Below, one piece after another: positions 36,744 to 50,627 of a stretch of 64,000 bases of DNA. Under the pieces are notes generated by a model that was not told where the DNA came from, made no database searches, and worked only from the letters and a program-made list of their open reading frames with translations. A program made the position numbers and the translations under genes. Numbering within the stretch: position 1 is the stretch's first letter; the number at the start of each line of letters is the position of its first letter. The stretch is from Lepidodermella squamata (taxonomy: Eukaryota > Animalia > Gastrotricha): NCBI GenBank assembly GCA_047495785.1, contig JBLDXI010000019.1, positions 1,984,001 through 2,048,000 on the forward strand, in the 5' to 3' direction.

Positions 36744-39700
36744 CTAGTTGACGAAGGCTTCGACTGACGGCTGTTGTTTAGGCGCGGTCGACTGCGAGAC
36801 AGCCTCGCTTTCGAGCCGTATCACCTCGTCGAGCTTGCGGTCCTCGTTGCCGCTGTCGTTATCGCTATCGTTATTCACGATGGTCATACTAGCGTCAATG
36901 TTACTGCTGTTATTATTGGTCGCATTGTCGATAGTACTTTCCAGCAGGTGGTTGCCGTTTATCGAGTCGCTCGACGACAGCATGAGGAGGGCGGCCGAGG
37001 TGCCGTTCGACGCGCTCCGAGGCAGCGGCGACTGCGAGGACTGCAGGTCGGGCACGGTCAGCCCGATGCCGTTCGAGGGCGCCGAGGCTGTGCCGTTATT
37101 GTCCTCTTTCGAGTCTTCTTTGCCGAGGTTGAAGCGCACTTTTGAACCGGAAGACGCCGCTAGTCTGAAAATAATCAAATAAAATTATTAAAAGAAAGAA
37201 AAAGTTAGCCGATTTTTATTAAATGCTAGTTACGGATTTATAGAATTATTCTTATTTGATGAAAATCCTAGTGCCACACTTTAGGGTTCCTCCTTGATCG
37301 TTATTCTTGATTTGGAAGGAAAACTTCCAACTAGGCGAAATTCACTTTTATTTAAACGCATGGCAAAATAAAAATAAAAAATCCATACCCGAAATTTAAG
37401 GCTCCATCACTTTAGGCAAAATGTGAAATTCTCAATTTTTGTATAATTTTTGTATAACGACAGATGTATTCCAACAATTACGCTCAATTCGTGATATCAT
37501 CAGTTCGGTCGGGATTCGAGTAATAATTCAGCGTGCTAAGCCGATATCGATTAATAATATCGATTTGACAAACTAGTGATTTTTCCGATATTAGAAGTAT
37601 TGGAAGGCAATATTTCCAAACTATGTAAAATAAATTATTCACGGGTTGTAGGGTAAATTATGATGGGATAAAGTGAAATCATTACCAAAATATTGAATTC
37701 CGTACCAAATTATTACAATCAGTTCCAAATCCCAAATTTTAAGCCGAAGCCTTCAACTCTAACCTAACCCCAGCCCTAACCCCAACCAGTTAAATAACGG
37801 ATAAAATGGTTAGGTATTGAATTAAATGAAATTTGGTACCGGCGTCAGATTTTCCCAATTATGATCGACCAAGAAATGAAAATTACATTATCTTCAAAAA
37901 TTCGCTCTAAGCTCAAATTTTATGGCTGGAACCTGGTGGCGGAAATATTCAGTCCAAAATTGAGTGAAAAGTTGACAAAATTGACAGTTCATTGAGAATG
38001 TAGAAAATCCCAGGGTATCAATGCGGTCTATTAAGTAAATTATCCATTGTGTAAACATCCCATGTTTTTTCAGCTGTAACTGCGAAACAAATTTACTGGA
38101 GATTCATTCTGAAACCTAAAACTACCCACCCAAGTAATTTTCATAAAAAAATAACCGAAATTAAAAATTTGAAAAAATTAAGGAGGATGTAACGTACCGA
38201 TTAGCCAATATTGATTGCACCTTTTCTGACTTGATTTTCGACAGGAGAACATCAGCAGACGGCACCGCGTACGCTGACGTTGTCATAGCCGCGTTATTCG
38301 AGGACGACGAACCGTTATTATTGTTATTATTAGTCACCGCCGACTCGGTCAGCGCCGACGTCGACTCAGCAGTCGCAACCGAGGGGGTGGAGCCAGCAGC
38401 AGCAGCGGGTAAAACCGGCATCGAGTGAATCGGGCCGGACAGGTGCGGGCTGCCGGGCGCCGCGCCAGCCGCCGGTTTCACGCGGCTCATAATCGCATCG
38501 AGCCGCTTCTTACGCTCCGCCCGTTCCTCCTCCTGCTTCTTCGCCCAGTCGTCAACAACGGGTGTCTTCGAGCCGGAGCTGGGCAGGGCGGTTAGACTGC
38601 TCGTCATCAGGTTAGTCTGAGACCCGGTCAGCGAGGCCAGCCGGTCTCGAACCGCATTCACGTCCTGGGTCAGTTTCGTCATAGACCCGGAGAGTTCTGA
38701 AGATGTCGAAAGCGGCCGGTGTTGCTGTTTCGGCGTAGACTGGTCCGAGGCGACTTCGTTCGTCGGCGACGGGGTTGAGTCGATCGGCGGCGAGACGGCC
38801 GCGGATGAGGTCTGAGACTCGGCCCGACTGCTCGCGTCTGAATGGAAGCCGTTGCTGGTGGTTGATTCTTGTTGTTGAGCAGCTGTTGCCACAGGTTGGT
38901 GCTGTTCCTTGGGCGACACCATCGAATCGGCGCCGGTGACAATAACCGGCGGCGAGACGACGATGGTCATGTCACGGGTGAGTGATTTTGTGATGTGAGG
39001 GTCGTCGGATGTTGACGAGGTGCCCGTTTCGCTGATGGCGATCGCCGACTCGGGCGAGGCGGAGCTTGCGACGGGCGAGACGGGCTGGTTCGGCTGCGGC
39101 GACTCGCTCGTCGACTCGCTCGCCGAACCGTCGCCGTCCAGCGCCGAGGCGATAATATCAGGCGGTGCACTGCGGGCCATGACTGAAGGATTTGTTACTA
39201 AAAATGAGAAATAAAACATTAAAATTGAAATAAAATAATTAAGAAATTAAGAAAATTTTAGATTAGGAAAATAAAAATAACCACCTTAACCCTTAGCCGC
39301 CGGCGCAATGACGTGTTAACTCGAGCACCTTTCAGAAAATCCCAGAAAATCAAGAAGAGGCTAAAATCAAATTCTGAGTCGGCAGAAAGTCTTAAATTTA
39401 GCCTTAGATTGAAAGCCGAACCTCTTTTTCAGAAGAAATTTACCTGAGTTGCCGTTGCTATGACGTGTTAACGCGTTTTCATGACGTGTTAACAAGTCAT
39501 TTAAAATTTTTCTCACTATTTTCGACCTGGTCAGAATGGCTTTGAAAATTTGGATTTTCGGGGAGTGCTTGTTTCTTGCTATTGATTTATCATAATTTAT
39601 GACGCAACAATGGGTTCGATAGCCCAAATCCTCCGACCACGGTGAATTCTCTCCGGAATTAACGCGTGTACACGTCTTCGGCGGCTAAGGGTTAATAAAC

Positions 39701-42700
39701 TAATTAAACATGAAAAGCGCTTCTTAGCTACTTTCCATTGAAATTCGTATTTTCGGACGCTAATCTCATGTTAAAGGAAGATGAAATTGGAGCCTCTAAA
39801 TGTGAACGTTTTTATAGGTGAAACACTTGTACATCTAACTTTGCTCAACTCAGATTGACCCAAACTAAAATTGAAAGTGAGTCACAATTTTGATGGTTAC
39901 TGACGCTCATGAAAAAAAATTTACAATGAGAAATCCTCTTACGATGATCATTGAGATTTCTAGCATAGATGGTAATTTCTAGATTCTATTTCTTCTATTT
40001 CCATGAAATCTAGCCTTTCACTTCATAGCTTTCCACCCAGCAATTAGCCTACCTAATATTCAGAAATAAAATAAAGATAAAGTTAAGCCTATGTGCATAA
40101 GGTCGTGGGTTCAACGCCCGCTGACGCCCGACGGTGGTTTAGCAATCCACTGGTGAGACAAAAAAAATGCTACTCGAGTAGACAATGTGAAACCATTGCT
40201 CGAGGCCCCTTGACGCTAGAGGTACGATAGAGTACATTATCCATGAGTACGCTGTACGCTCTAGAAGGGGTGTAAGGATCTGTAGGTGCGTCGTGTGACC
40301 CAGGATAGCGCCATGTGAGCGCGGTCCTCCCTCAACACTTACGCGCGAGGCTAACATCGAGCCTCGGCTAGGTATCATGAGGTGAAGTTATATGCCGACG
40401 TTAAATGCATATAAGATAATGTAATGTAAAAAAAAAAATGTAAAAATAAAGATAATTATAATTCTTGAAGTTCCTCGAGTTTGCCATCGCCCAGCGAAAG
40501 TTTTCGATAGAAAATCATCGAAATCTAAATATGTTCGTAATTAAACTGTTTGATTGATGTTCGAGCCATTCTACAATTTGCCGAAAAATTGTTTGACATC
40601 GTGAGAATTTGATGCTAATCTCGCTGAATATTTCAACAATTTTATTAGGGTTGTCTCTACAAGCATCACTCTGACGAATAGGGACTACTCGCAAATATAG
40701 CAGGGATTCCCGCCATTTACGGAGGATCCCAGGAGTTCGAAAGTAACGATTAATATCTAAAAGAAATAACAGGTTCAGGGCTCAATGAAAGCCCTTAGTT
40801 GGCTTGAAAAACCCCACATCTACACTTCACTTGTTAGCAAGTGAAATTTGATGAAAAATTATCTCTCTGAGAATGAGTGAAAATAATCCAATTGTAAGCT
40901 CACCTGTTAGTTCAGTAAGTTTAGATTTTTCAGCGTCCGATTTCTCCTGATCGATAACAACAACAGGCGCGGAAATTTGCGGCTGCGGCTGCGGCACTAC
41001 GACAGAAACCGGCGCGGTCGCGAGTTTCTCCTCGGCCGCTTTCGCCGCTTTGGCAGCCGCTGCCTCGCGAGCCTGCCGCCGCTTCTCGGCCAATTTTCGC
41101 TGATACTCGCGCTCAGCGTCCGCATCGAGTGTTGTATCAACCCGGTCGTTCCCACTCGCCGCAGCATTCGACGAGTTCTGAGCAGAGGCCGGCGCCATGG
41201 ACGACCTCGACGAGGGCGCTGAGGGCGCTGAGGGCGTCGCTGGCAGGAGGGCCGGCTTGGTCGGCGGGTGCGCCCGCGCCATCGAGGGTGTCGACGCCTT
41301 GGACGAGGTGGCGGTTGGCGCCAGCGACTGGCGAGACGAGGCCGTCGGCTTTTTCGCCACCAGCTCGTTGTTGCCGGTCGAGGGCGCGACTGAAAGGCGG
41401 TTGAGATGCCGCTCCGATTTCGCCCGCATCGAAGAGGTGCGCGAGACAGAGGCCGACGACGCCCCGCTCGGCGGTTGTGGCACAATTGCCGCTGTCACTG
41501 AGGCAGTTAGGGTCATCTCACTCGCGCCACCGTTAGCTATTTAGAAAAAAAATAAAAAATTAAGGCGGACGTAAAAAAAAATGAATTTCAGCAAACGAAA
41601 TATCAAACATAAAATACAAGCACGATATTTATAATATGAGAACTTCCGTTATAACCGAGTCCAAACTGATGAAATTTATTGGACTCGGCCTCACGGAAAA
41701 TCTCAATTATGCAAGCTCGCATAAACATTTTGATTATAGAGGAAAAATTAAAAACCGAAAAATTTGACAGGAAAAAGCAGCACGCGATGAAATAAAAATA
41801 GGAAAGGTAAAATAAGCGATGATTTTTTAACCCTATAATCCACCTTAATAATAAATTCGATTTTTTAGTCACTTAATCAGGACCCATTAACCGGAAATAG
41901 TTCACACGAGAAAAACGAGCACGAAGTTACAAGACAACGTTTTTTACGCTACTAACAGGACAACACATGCTCTTCGTATGTTTTGTGTGCTACATGTATA
42001 TTATACCCAATACGGAGGAAAGCTCTTCATGGAAGGAGATGGACATTCGCACCGCAGCGGCTGCCACCGTTCTTTGGTTAGTTTTTCGCGGCGATCTAGC
42101 GCCGGCGTTATTACCGTGTTGGTGCCGGCCGGCGACGGGCGACGCGGTGCCCGGGTCGCCGGCGCCATGAAACATGGTGGGGGCGTCGCGGCGCACCCGG
42201 GGCCGCGCCGGCACCGAGGACGGGCGCGGCTGGTAGCGCTGGTACATCGACGTCGTCGTCAACGCCGTCGTCATTTGCCGACCGCCGGCCGTGCGACGCG
42301 ACAGTGTCTGTTGCCACGTCACCAGCGACGCTGATGATGTCATCAAACAATTGAATTAACAAAAAATTTCCAATGATAAACATAAAAAATCTCCCTTTTT
42401 TCCACAAAAAATATATCAACCATTATATATTCAACTCTCCACTACCCAGGGCCTCTTAAAATAAGGAGTGGAATATTATAAGGACGCTTCGTATCATATT
42501 TTCCGTTCGTTAGTGAGTGAAAAAATTAAAGCGATTAGTATAGCTGTGAATTGCCAGGCACACCGCGGAAAGATTGTTTGAAAAAATCGGGGTGGAAATG
42601 TATGCAAGCTTTAGTTTGGTTAATTATGCCGTGCGGTAAGGTTATTCATGATTTTTCATAAAATAAATTGTGATTTTTATACGAAAAAATTCATAAATTA

Positions 42701-45700
42701 ATATTATAAACACGCAAGCGTTGTTTTTCGAGGCTCAGCAGGCGGTATTTTTTTTGTATGTGATATGCGCGTATTTCACATTGATGTAGTAATCTACCTC
42801 TAGATGCCATGAGGCGGCGCTTTGACGCGCTGTCGATGTTACGATGGCTCTTCGACGTTGCGGCGGACTTGGAGGAGCCGGTGAGCAACGGCTCTTCCTC
42901 TGGGATGTTAACGAGACTCGCGCACATCCGCGCAGCCGCGTTTTGCAGCGACTGCGACGAATCCGACGCGGAATCTGCGCTACTGTCTCCGATCTGGTGC
43001 AGCGCTGATTTTTCATGACACACACACATTATCATCATCATTTTGTTTCGTAAATACAAATTTTATAGGTAAGAAATTCCCGAATCTAATAATGAAATTA
43101 CCCGAAAAAGCGGAAAAAATCAATATATAAAGGCAAAATAATCTAAGAAAATTTTGACAAACATGCCACTCTCACATTTTAAAATTATATATATTGAAAT
43201 TCGAGGTAAAATTTGAAAAAAACTAAATTTTTTCATTCAAAATGGGAAATCAAAAATGCGAGGAAATTCACTATCAGTATTAATCGAGTCAATCAGTGAA
43301 TATTTAAATTTAGCTTCGAATTTTATCGATCGACAAGTAAAAAGTGGAATTAAGCGAAAAGCCGTTTTCACGTTATATGACCGATTGTAAATGACATAAA
43401 TACAAGGTTAATCAGGTTTGCTAGCCAAATGGGCTTCAATGTCTACTAGCGAAGGTTCAGAAACTGAGCCCTAGAGCAAGTTCAATATTTAGCCAAGCTC
43501 TACGCTTAAAACTGATGTTTTCATTCGATTTACTATGAAGCTAAGGTACTTCGCTAGAATTTCAGAGATTTGGACTAAATTATGCCAAAATCAACCAGAA
43601 GTAGAGTTTTCTCGAGTTTTAAGGTGGATGAAAGCATCCCAGACGTCTAAAACTTGGAAATTAAAAATCCAAGCCGAAATTGGTTTGAAACATGCTAAAA
43701 GCTAAGAATCGTTAGGCCTATTTGAAGTACAAAAAAACCACTTTTCACTTGTCATTTTCATGATTAAATTTCAAATTAGAAATGGAGAGAATAGCAAATT
43801 TTTCACTGAGTGACTCGTATTTTTGTAGGAGGATTTCTTTAACGGGTTGTTTTCTTGACGAGACAACACAAATACTCACATGCATGCGAGGCAGACGAGT
43901 TTTCGGCTTGTTGCTTGCGAGACCGGCGCATCGAAGCCGACGAGGTGGAGCGAGCGACGGCCGCCGCGCTCGCGACCGTCGACGGCGGCGGCGGCGGTTG
44001 GCTTGCCATCACGTGGCTCGGCTTCTCACTCGGCGATAAGCAAATCATCGAAACAGACATGACGCCGTTGGGCGCAACTCCGGCGCCGCCCGACGACAAG
44101 GCGCCGCCGCGGGCAGCTAGCGCCGTCGACGACTGGCGGTGAGGCGATTTTTCAAGCGCTAGATGGCTACTATTTATCCCGCCGGCCACACCTATGATCG
44201 AACGTGGCGATGAAGTAGGTGATCACACGCGCATTCCACGAAGCAGCGATGCACATAGACGAAGGTTGAACAAGGGAGGAAGCAGAAAAAACACAAAGCT
44301 CGGATTAAAAAATTGAATCTTCATGCGTTAAAAATTACAACATAAATTAAATCATGTTATAGGGATTAGTAAAACTTAAAACTATATACAATTTTTTGTT
44401 AAATTTTGTTATACGGTGTTATGTTACGTTGAGTGCGTAAAAAAGGTCCTTTCCACTTGTTGAATACGAGCTACAATACGTAAAACTAGAGACTATATTC
44501 TGGCCGAGGTGAGCAGTGTGGTTTTGGGAAAAACAGCCCTACCCTACTTCGCCCCGGTCCATTGGCTTTCGCGGGTATGTATAGAAGAAGATAGGTACGT
44601 ACGAGTGTAATTAGAGACAAATCAAAGTGTATGTGAAGGATACGCTAAGGCTGCGCGATGAGAGCGAGCGAGGCCAAAGACAATAAATAATGAAACGCGA
44701 TTATAGCCGCCTTAAAAATGCGAGACGCGCAAAAATAATTAGCCAGAGCAGCATGACGGTGAAACGAAGCGCGCAATGATGATCATAATAATATTAAGGC
44801 GGCTGACTCTGAACGCACGCGTATATATAACTCGGACAGACTTTTTCGACAGAATAATAATGATAGTAGTATGAGAATTCCTGATACGTGCGTGGTCGTA
44901 AAACACAACATCTCCCGCTCATTATTACAACCGGTGCCGGTGTGTGTGTGATACCATCATCATCATCAGCAGCATCAGCATGCTCATCAAAGCGCGTAGG
45001 CTCGAATAAACAGCCGCGGATATCTTACAGCTAAGCTGATATATATCCTAGATATTCACAGGTATCATCTTTATAGCACCGGTAAGCGCGTGCGTTTTCC
45101 TAATATATATCACAAGCGCGCCTCTCGAGTGGTAGCGCGCGATGGTAAAATAATAACCGGTTCTCGCACCAAACGGGTGCGATGGATAAATCACGGCCGG
45201 TAAGGTGCCGGCCGCCGCCGTCGGACACGAAATCGCGCTTGGGGTTACGAAAATAACAATCTTCGATTTTAACTAATAGCGCAGAAAAACGCGATTTTTG
45301 TAGCCAGTCTATAATATTGTAATAATTCCTATAAGAAATTTCGCACTCGAGCCAACGGCTCAGTACATTAGGCATCAAAAAGTGTCAGTAATATAGCGCG
45401 AGAAATGAAATCAGTCTCTATAATAAATAAATAATGAAATAGACGGCGCATATATCATTTAACGCGGATCAAGATCGGTCGGCTACGCAAAAAATGGATG
45501 CGACATAATCCGAGTGAATTTCTCTCTCGCTCGCATCCTTAATTCATCAGAATTCCCAGCACAGACTTGCACACATGAGGCAAGGCGTGTGATGTTTGCT
45601 AGAGGCAGTAAGTTTTTTTCAGCCACGCTGAAACCGGCCAGCAACAACAGCTTGCTTGGCAAATAAACAGGCGATAATAGCATATCGTAAAAATATTTTC

Positions 45701-48700
45701 AGATTACTGGTGTTATTATTATACAACAACAGCCGGGCGCTGTATAATAAAATTCAAAAATTATGCGCCTAACACCTTTGACGCGAGACAATGCGCGCCA
45801 TATCGCACTTTAAGGTGGAAAAAATGTACCTGAATTAGGAGTCGAGTGCCGCTTATTAAGACTGCCAACATTGAGGCGGGACGACGGTTTCATCGAAATT
45901 TCGGCATATATGTGAGTATATCACAGAGTTGTACGGTATAAAACGTAAATGGCGACCTCGTTGGTTATCTTTAACAAATAGCCAGCACAAGTTTATAACA
46001 AATATAATGCAACATATTACTCGACTACTAATATTTTCGCTTGTTTTTAGTCATCACGCGGCCATCACGATAAAAGCTTCGAAAACTACACGCATAAAAG
46101 GCTGCTACTATTATTACGCGTACACAGGTGGAATGCAGCACAGCAGCGTTATGTACGCAATAATATGTTTCTTTCACCTTATCATAGACTATACGAACGT
46201 ATACCATAAGGCCGGTATATAAAAACAGGGATTTTACGCGGACGAGTCAAATATAACAACCTATCTATTGAAGCGAGATGAATAGAATGAATTCGACCGT
46301 TGCGCGCGCGCAAAAAAACTACACTTGAAACGACACAAAAAACGTTAATTATGTTTACGGTATTAATTAGGTATCAAACAGGTTCAGGCAAGAAGACCCA
46401 ACGCCATGCAGGGAAAAAGAGCAAGAGACCAAAACCACGTCATCACCTTTCACCAGAAAAAGTCGAGTATAGTAGCCAGGCATTGCAAAGTAAAGAAATA
46501 GCGTCTCTGGGGCAAATTTTAAATTGCTTTTTTATCGGCCCTTTTATTCTTCATTAATTTTCCCAATTAATTCTCAACCGGGGTTTTTTAATTAAATATT
46601 AGCGTAGATTTCGGTTAACACGCGAAAATTTCCATGGTCGAACAAAGCAACCCGTTTCCTTGTCCTACTCCCGTAACAACACCGGCATCTGATCCGATTT
46701 TTCACCACTTCACGAAAAAATATTAAAAAAATTCCGAAAAAATTGGAATTTCAAATTATTAATCACCTAAAAATTTGGGGAAAATATTTCGGAAAAAATG
46801 ATTCAGAAACGTACCATGTCGATCACAACTAGCAGAACGAGCTCCGTCTCCGCGGCGCAGGCTGGCGATCGAGTAGGCCCGGTGAACGTCGGCTAGAGGA
46901 CGACCGACGAGATGATTATTGTTAGCGTTATTACTAGTGCTACTGAACGTAGCCGAGGTGGTCATGCAAAAAACCGAACCTGATAGTTTTGCATTCGCGA
47001 CACCGTTCGCGCCCATTACAACACCGCTTTCAAGGTGAGCCGCCGATCGCACGCGAGTTTCGCGTAACTTCAATTCGCGTTCTTCTAACCGCCTTAATAT
47101 CGCTTCACGTTTGGCCTGTTGTTAAAAAAAAACATGAATTAAAATAAAAGTAAAAATCATAGAAAAATTCATAAGCGTAAACAATCAAATCTAGCATATA
47201 TGAGGCATTTTTAAAAGATATTATAAAATTTTTGGATCCGCCTTAAAATTGTTTTTCCGAATACCTTTCTAAAAAATGTCTCATATTTATATTAATTATT
47301 GATTATTTTAATATTGCGCAAATCACACGAGCAATTGTAATATATGAAACACGTGCGAGAAAAAATTAGAAATTAACCTGAAAATTTGCGAAATAAATTG
47401 AAAAATCAGGACGGCTCATCGACAACATGTTTGCTCTTGTTAGACGGTTTTGTTAAAATTAATGCGCGATCAAGGGGTCACATCACGTGCGGGTTTGTTA
47501 TTCTTGTTATTATAGTTATATAAATATATATAAGGTAGACAACTCAACGCACTCTGACAGCTTCCTATTCCAACGAACGAAAAATGCGAGAAAAATTAAG
47601 GTGGGGTTCATGCAATGGAATAAGAATAGTGCGATAGTATAGTAGTAGTAGACTGGGATTTCGACTTTATTCAACTTTTGAAGGCGCGGGATTTTTCACG
47701 CCGCCGTTGCGTATGAAATAACAGCAATTAAACCGAGCACGTCTTTTCAAGTGTCAAGTCTCAATGCGCGAATGAAGTTGAAAAATAGGACGCGAGCGCG
47801 CGGCAATTGAGGACACGGTGAAAATCACGTTTGTTGTTATTGTTGTGTTGATATGCATGTATTAGCACTCGAAACTGACCTGTTCGGCCTCGAATAGCCG
47901 CCGGCGTCGCTCTTCGACGGCGCGCCGGTGCTCCTCCTCGCGCTGCCGCCGTTCTTCCATCATGCGGCGCATCTCGGCGCGCCGCTGCTCGTACGACGAC
48001 TGCTGCAGTCTCAGCGCTTCGGCGAGTTCGGCGAGGCGACGGGCGCGTTCCGCTTCCTGGCGTTCCCGCGCTGCCTTAACCGCGTTCAACCGGTCTTCGA
48101 CGCGCTGCGGCGAGGACACTTCTGTCAGAAAAATAAAAAACGCAAGACATAAAAAACTGATAATATAGTATATCACAGGACGGAAAAAACCGCCTAATAC
48201 CTCTCATGGGGGAAACCGATTTTGACAGCGGGGTAATTTAGTGTGAAATGTCTAGGCTAGATATTCATTTAAACCGCTACGGAATTGGAGTCGTAATCGA
48301 CCCGTAGCATCATAATCAATAACCATTGTGACGGCGTAAAATATATATTATGGACTCAAACGGCTCTACAACAATGATATAATATATATATACCCATTCC
48401 ACTCACCAAATTTGCCAATTTTAAACAAGGTAGAATCGTAGAATTTTAGCTAAATGCATACCCAATACCTTCATTTAACCACATAATATAAGGGATTGGA
48501 TAAAAACATGATAAGAGGAATAACGAAACCCAAAATCCAGAATTAACGATTTATTCAACATCTGTTACCAACCTTTAGCAAATGTTATAGTCAGATGAAA
48601 TATTTCTGTGGTAAAAAAATTCAAGAATATAAAATGGCAACGCCAAATCAGAATTTTGAAATGAATTTTGAATCGATTGCGGCGGATCTCATGAATTAAT

Positions 48701-50627
48701 TGGTGTTCTAATAATTGATCAGAAATTTCCAGAAAATTTAAGCGAATCAAATATTTAAAATTAGGTTCCGCTAGTTTTGATTCACATAACTCCATCATAA
48801 AAAAATTGATTAAATAATAACAAATCGCTGCTCTTCAATAAAATCCCGAATTGATAACTTTTTCAGGAATTTTTGTAAAATCAGAAAAATTAAGAACCTG
48901 TTTCAGTGATACTGGTAAATCTGATGCACAGAATCAGCTGTTTCACGTAATATCGCATTTTCTAAGGCTCAACCTATTATTTGCTCGACTTGTATTCGAC
49001 ATGGAAAATTCTATAGCTATTTATTCGCAATTACAGCGGAAATGATTTCCTTCAGCGGAAGCTTCAAGAGCCAAAAAATCACAATTTTCCGTTAAAAAAA
49101 ACTTCGTTTGAACAAAGAAACTTTTAATAGCCATTGATTTACCTCAATCAAACGACTCATTAATAACTCTTGGAAATAATGAGAAATATGAAAAAAAATT
49201 ACCGTAATCGCTTGAATTGGTCCCGTTTTGATCGTCGCCATTCTGATACTCCTTAGCGAGCGGTGACTTGCTAGGCGTCGTTTGTTGCTGCGGCAGTTGC
49301 TTCGATTTCGTAGTCGAGTTTGACGAGAACGAGTCGAAGCGCCGCGATGGCGAAGTCATCGTGTTGAAACGCGACGATGAGTTCGCCATGCCGCCACCGC
49401 CGCCGGAATTCGAATTCGAGGTCGAGGAGGTTGCCGACGTTGTCATGACGTTATTATAATTTCCATTAATATTGTTGTGATTACCACTACTTGTATTACT
49501 GTAGTCGGAATTCAGCCGTTCAGGGCCGCCTTCTAGCGTCGTATTTGAGCCGTCAATTTCAGGTATTGCAACATCACAAGATGGGTGGTCCAGGTTTTTG
49601 GTCGCCGTCGACGACGCGGCTGAGGTCGAACGCGCCGAGTCGTCTTCAGAACGCGGGCTGAAATCCGCACTTTGAACGCTACTCAGCAGCGTATCTATAC
49701 ATTTAGCAAGAAGAAGCATATTTAGTCAACGAAAAAATCAACGAAAAATGAAATCGAAAGGGGAGCAATAAAAGTTTTTTTAATAAAATCCACCTTAAAA
49801 ATTGTGTCACGCAATCGCGATTGTTAATTAGCGTGAGTTTGCAATAAACGCGGCCGATAAATGAGCAGCAGCAGCAGCAGTGGCCGATTCTGTGTAGTAT
49901 ATTTCATCGGACGTCCGGGTGTGATACATATATATTGCTTGTGCCCTGATGTACCACACCATCTTTTGTTGACACGGCCCGGCCGGTCGCGCGCGCGACC
50001 AAAATGATTCTAAAGCGTTTGTTTATTAAGGCGGCGCGTGAGCGGCTAATAAATTATGAATTGACGACAATCTCTCGCTTGATCACCACAATACTACTAC
50101 TGCTGCTACTAGACTAGATGTGGCCGGCCAGCAGCAGCATCATTTTCGCCTGCTAGCGTGTAAAAATTCGCAAATAGCCGAAATTTACAGCGTAAACAAT
50201 GCGTAAAAACAGGTAACTTATGTGCGGCAATTTCGCGGCCAATCAATCAAATCGCAGGGTCTCAAATTCATTACTCCCACCGCAAAATCTAGAACGCAAA
50301 TAGCTCATCAATATTGAATACATTCAAAAAGATGTGAAGTTCATAATTAATTTTCTTAGATTTATTGCCATATTTTCGCACAAATTTGACCTAGAAAATT
50401 CCTAATTCCAAATAATTAAACGTTTGCACCCGTAAAATGTGATCTAAAAAATAAAGGCTAGCAAATCTGACAGCCATAAGGTACACTATTTTAGGCTTTG
50501 CCCAATTTTTTTTCGAGGCGGAAATACACTTACCGGTACTGAAAGAAGGCTGCTTGTCGTCCGTTAAGTATCCGTTCGACCCAGGAACATGCACTTCAAG
50601 CATGTTAGAGCCGCCGTCTTGAGCCAT
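36744..50627 (-). CDS. MAP7: MAP7 / ensconsin-like microtubule-associated protein (multi-exon, probably alternatively spliced)
   Basis: Coiled coil EERRQREEEHRRAVEERRRRLFEAEQ|AKREAILRRLEER (47880-48121, 46814-47117). MAP7-domain motifs KLAEKRRQARE (~41080) and EERAERKKRLDAIMSRV (~38500). Approximate exons 50532-50627, 49203-49690, 43880-44191, 42797-43004, 40904-41538, 38198-39198, 36744-37164. Confidence 0.75.
39290..39691. mobile_element. piggyBac-type MITE in a MAP7 intron
   Basis: TIRs CCCTTAGCCGCCG / CGGCGGCTAAGGG flanked by TTAA on both sides; internal GACGTGTTAAC repeats. Confidence 0.85.
40081..40442 (+). mobile_element. tRNA-derived SINE, 5'-truncated
   Basis: 13-bp TSD AAAATAAAGATAA (40068-40080 and 40443-40455), B-box-like GGTCGTGGGTTCAACGCCC, 3' hairpin TTATATGC...GCATATAA, and an (ATGTA)n/A-rich tail. 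Confidence 0.7.

Noticed and set aside
37757-37788. Telomere-like CCTAAC/CCCTAA repeats (also ~612-626)
   Set aside because: Only 3-4 degenerate units; not a telomere, and too short to assign to an element.
49985-50000. Perfect palindrome GGTCGCGCGCGCGACC
   Set aside because: Driven by a CG dinucleotide run in a CGCG-rich region; not significant alone.
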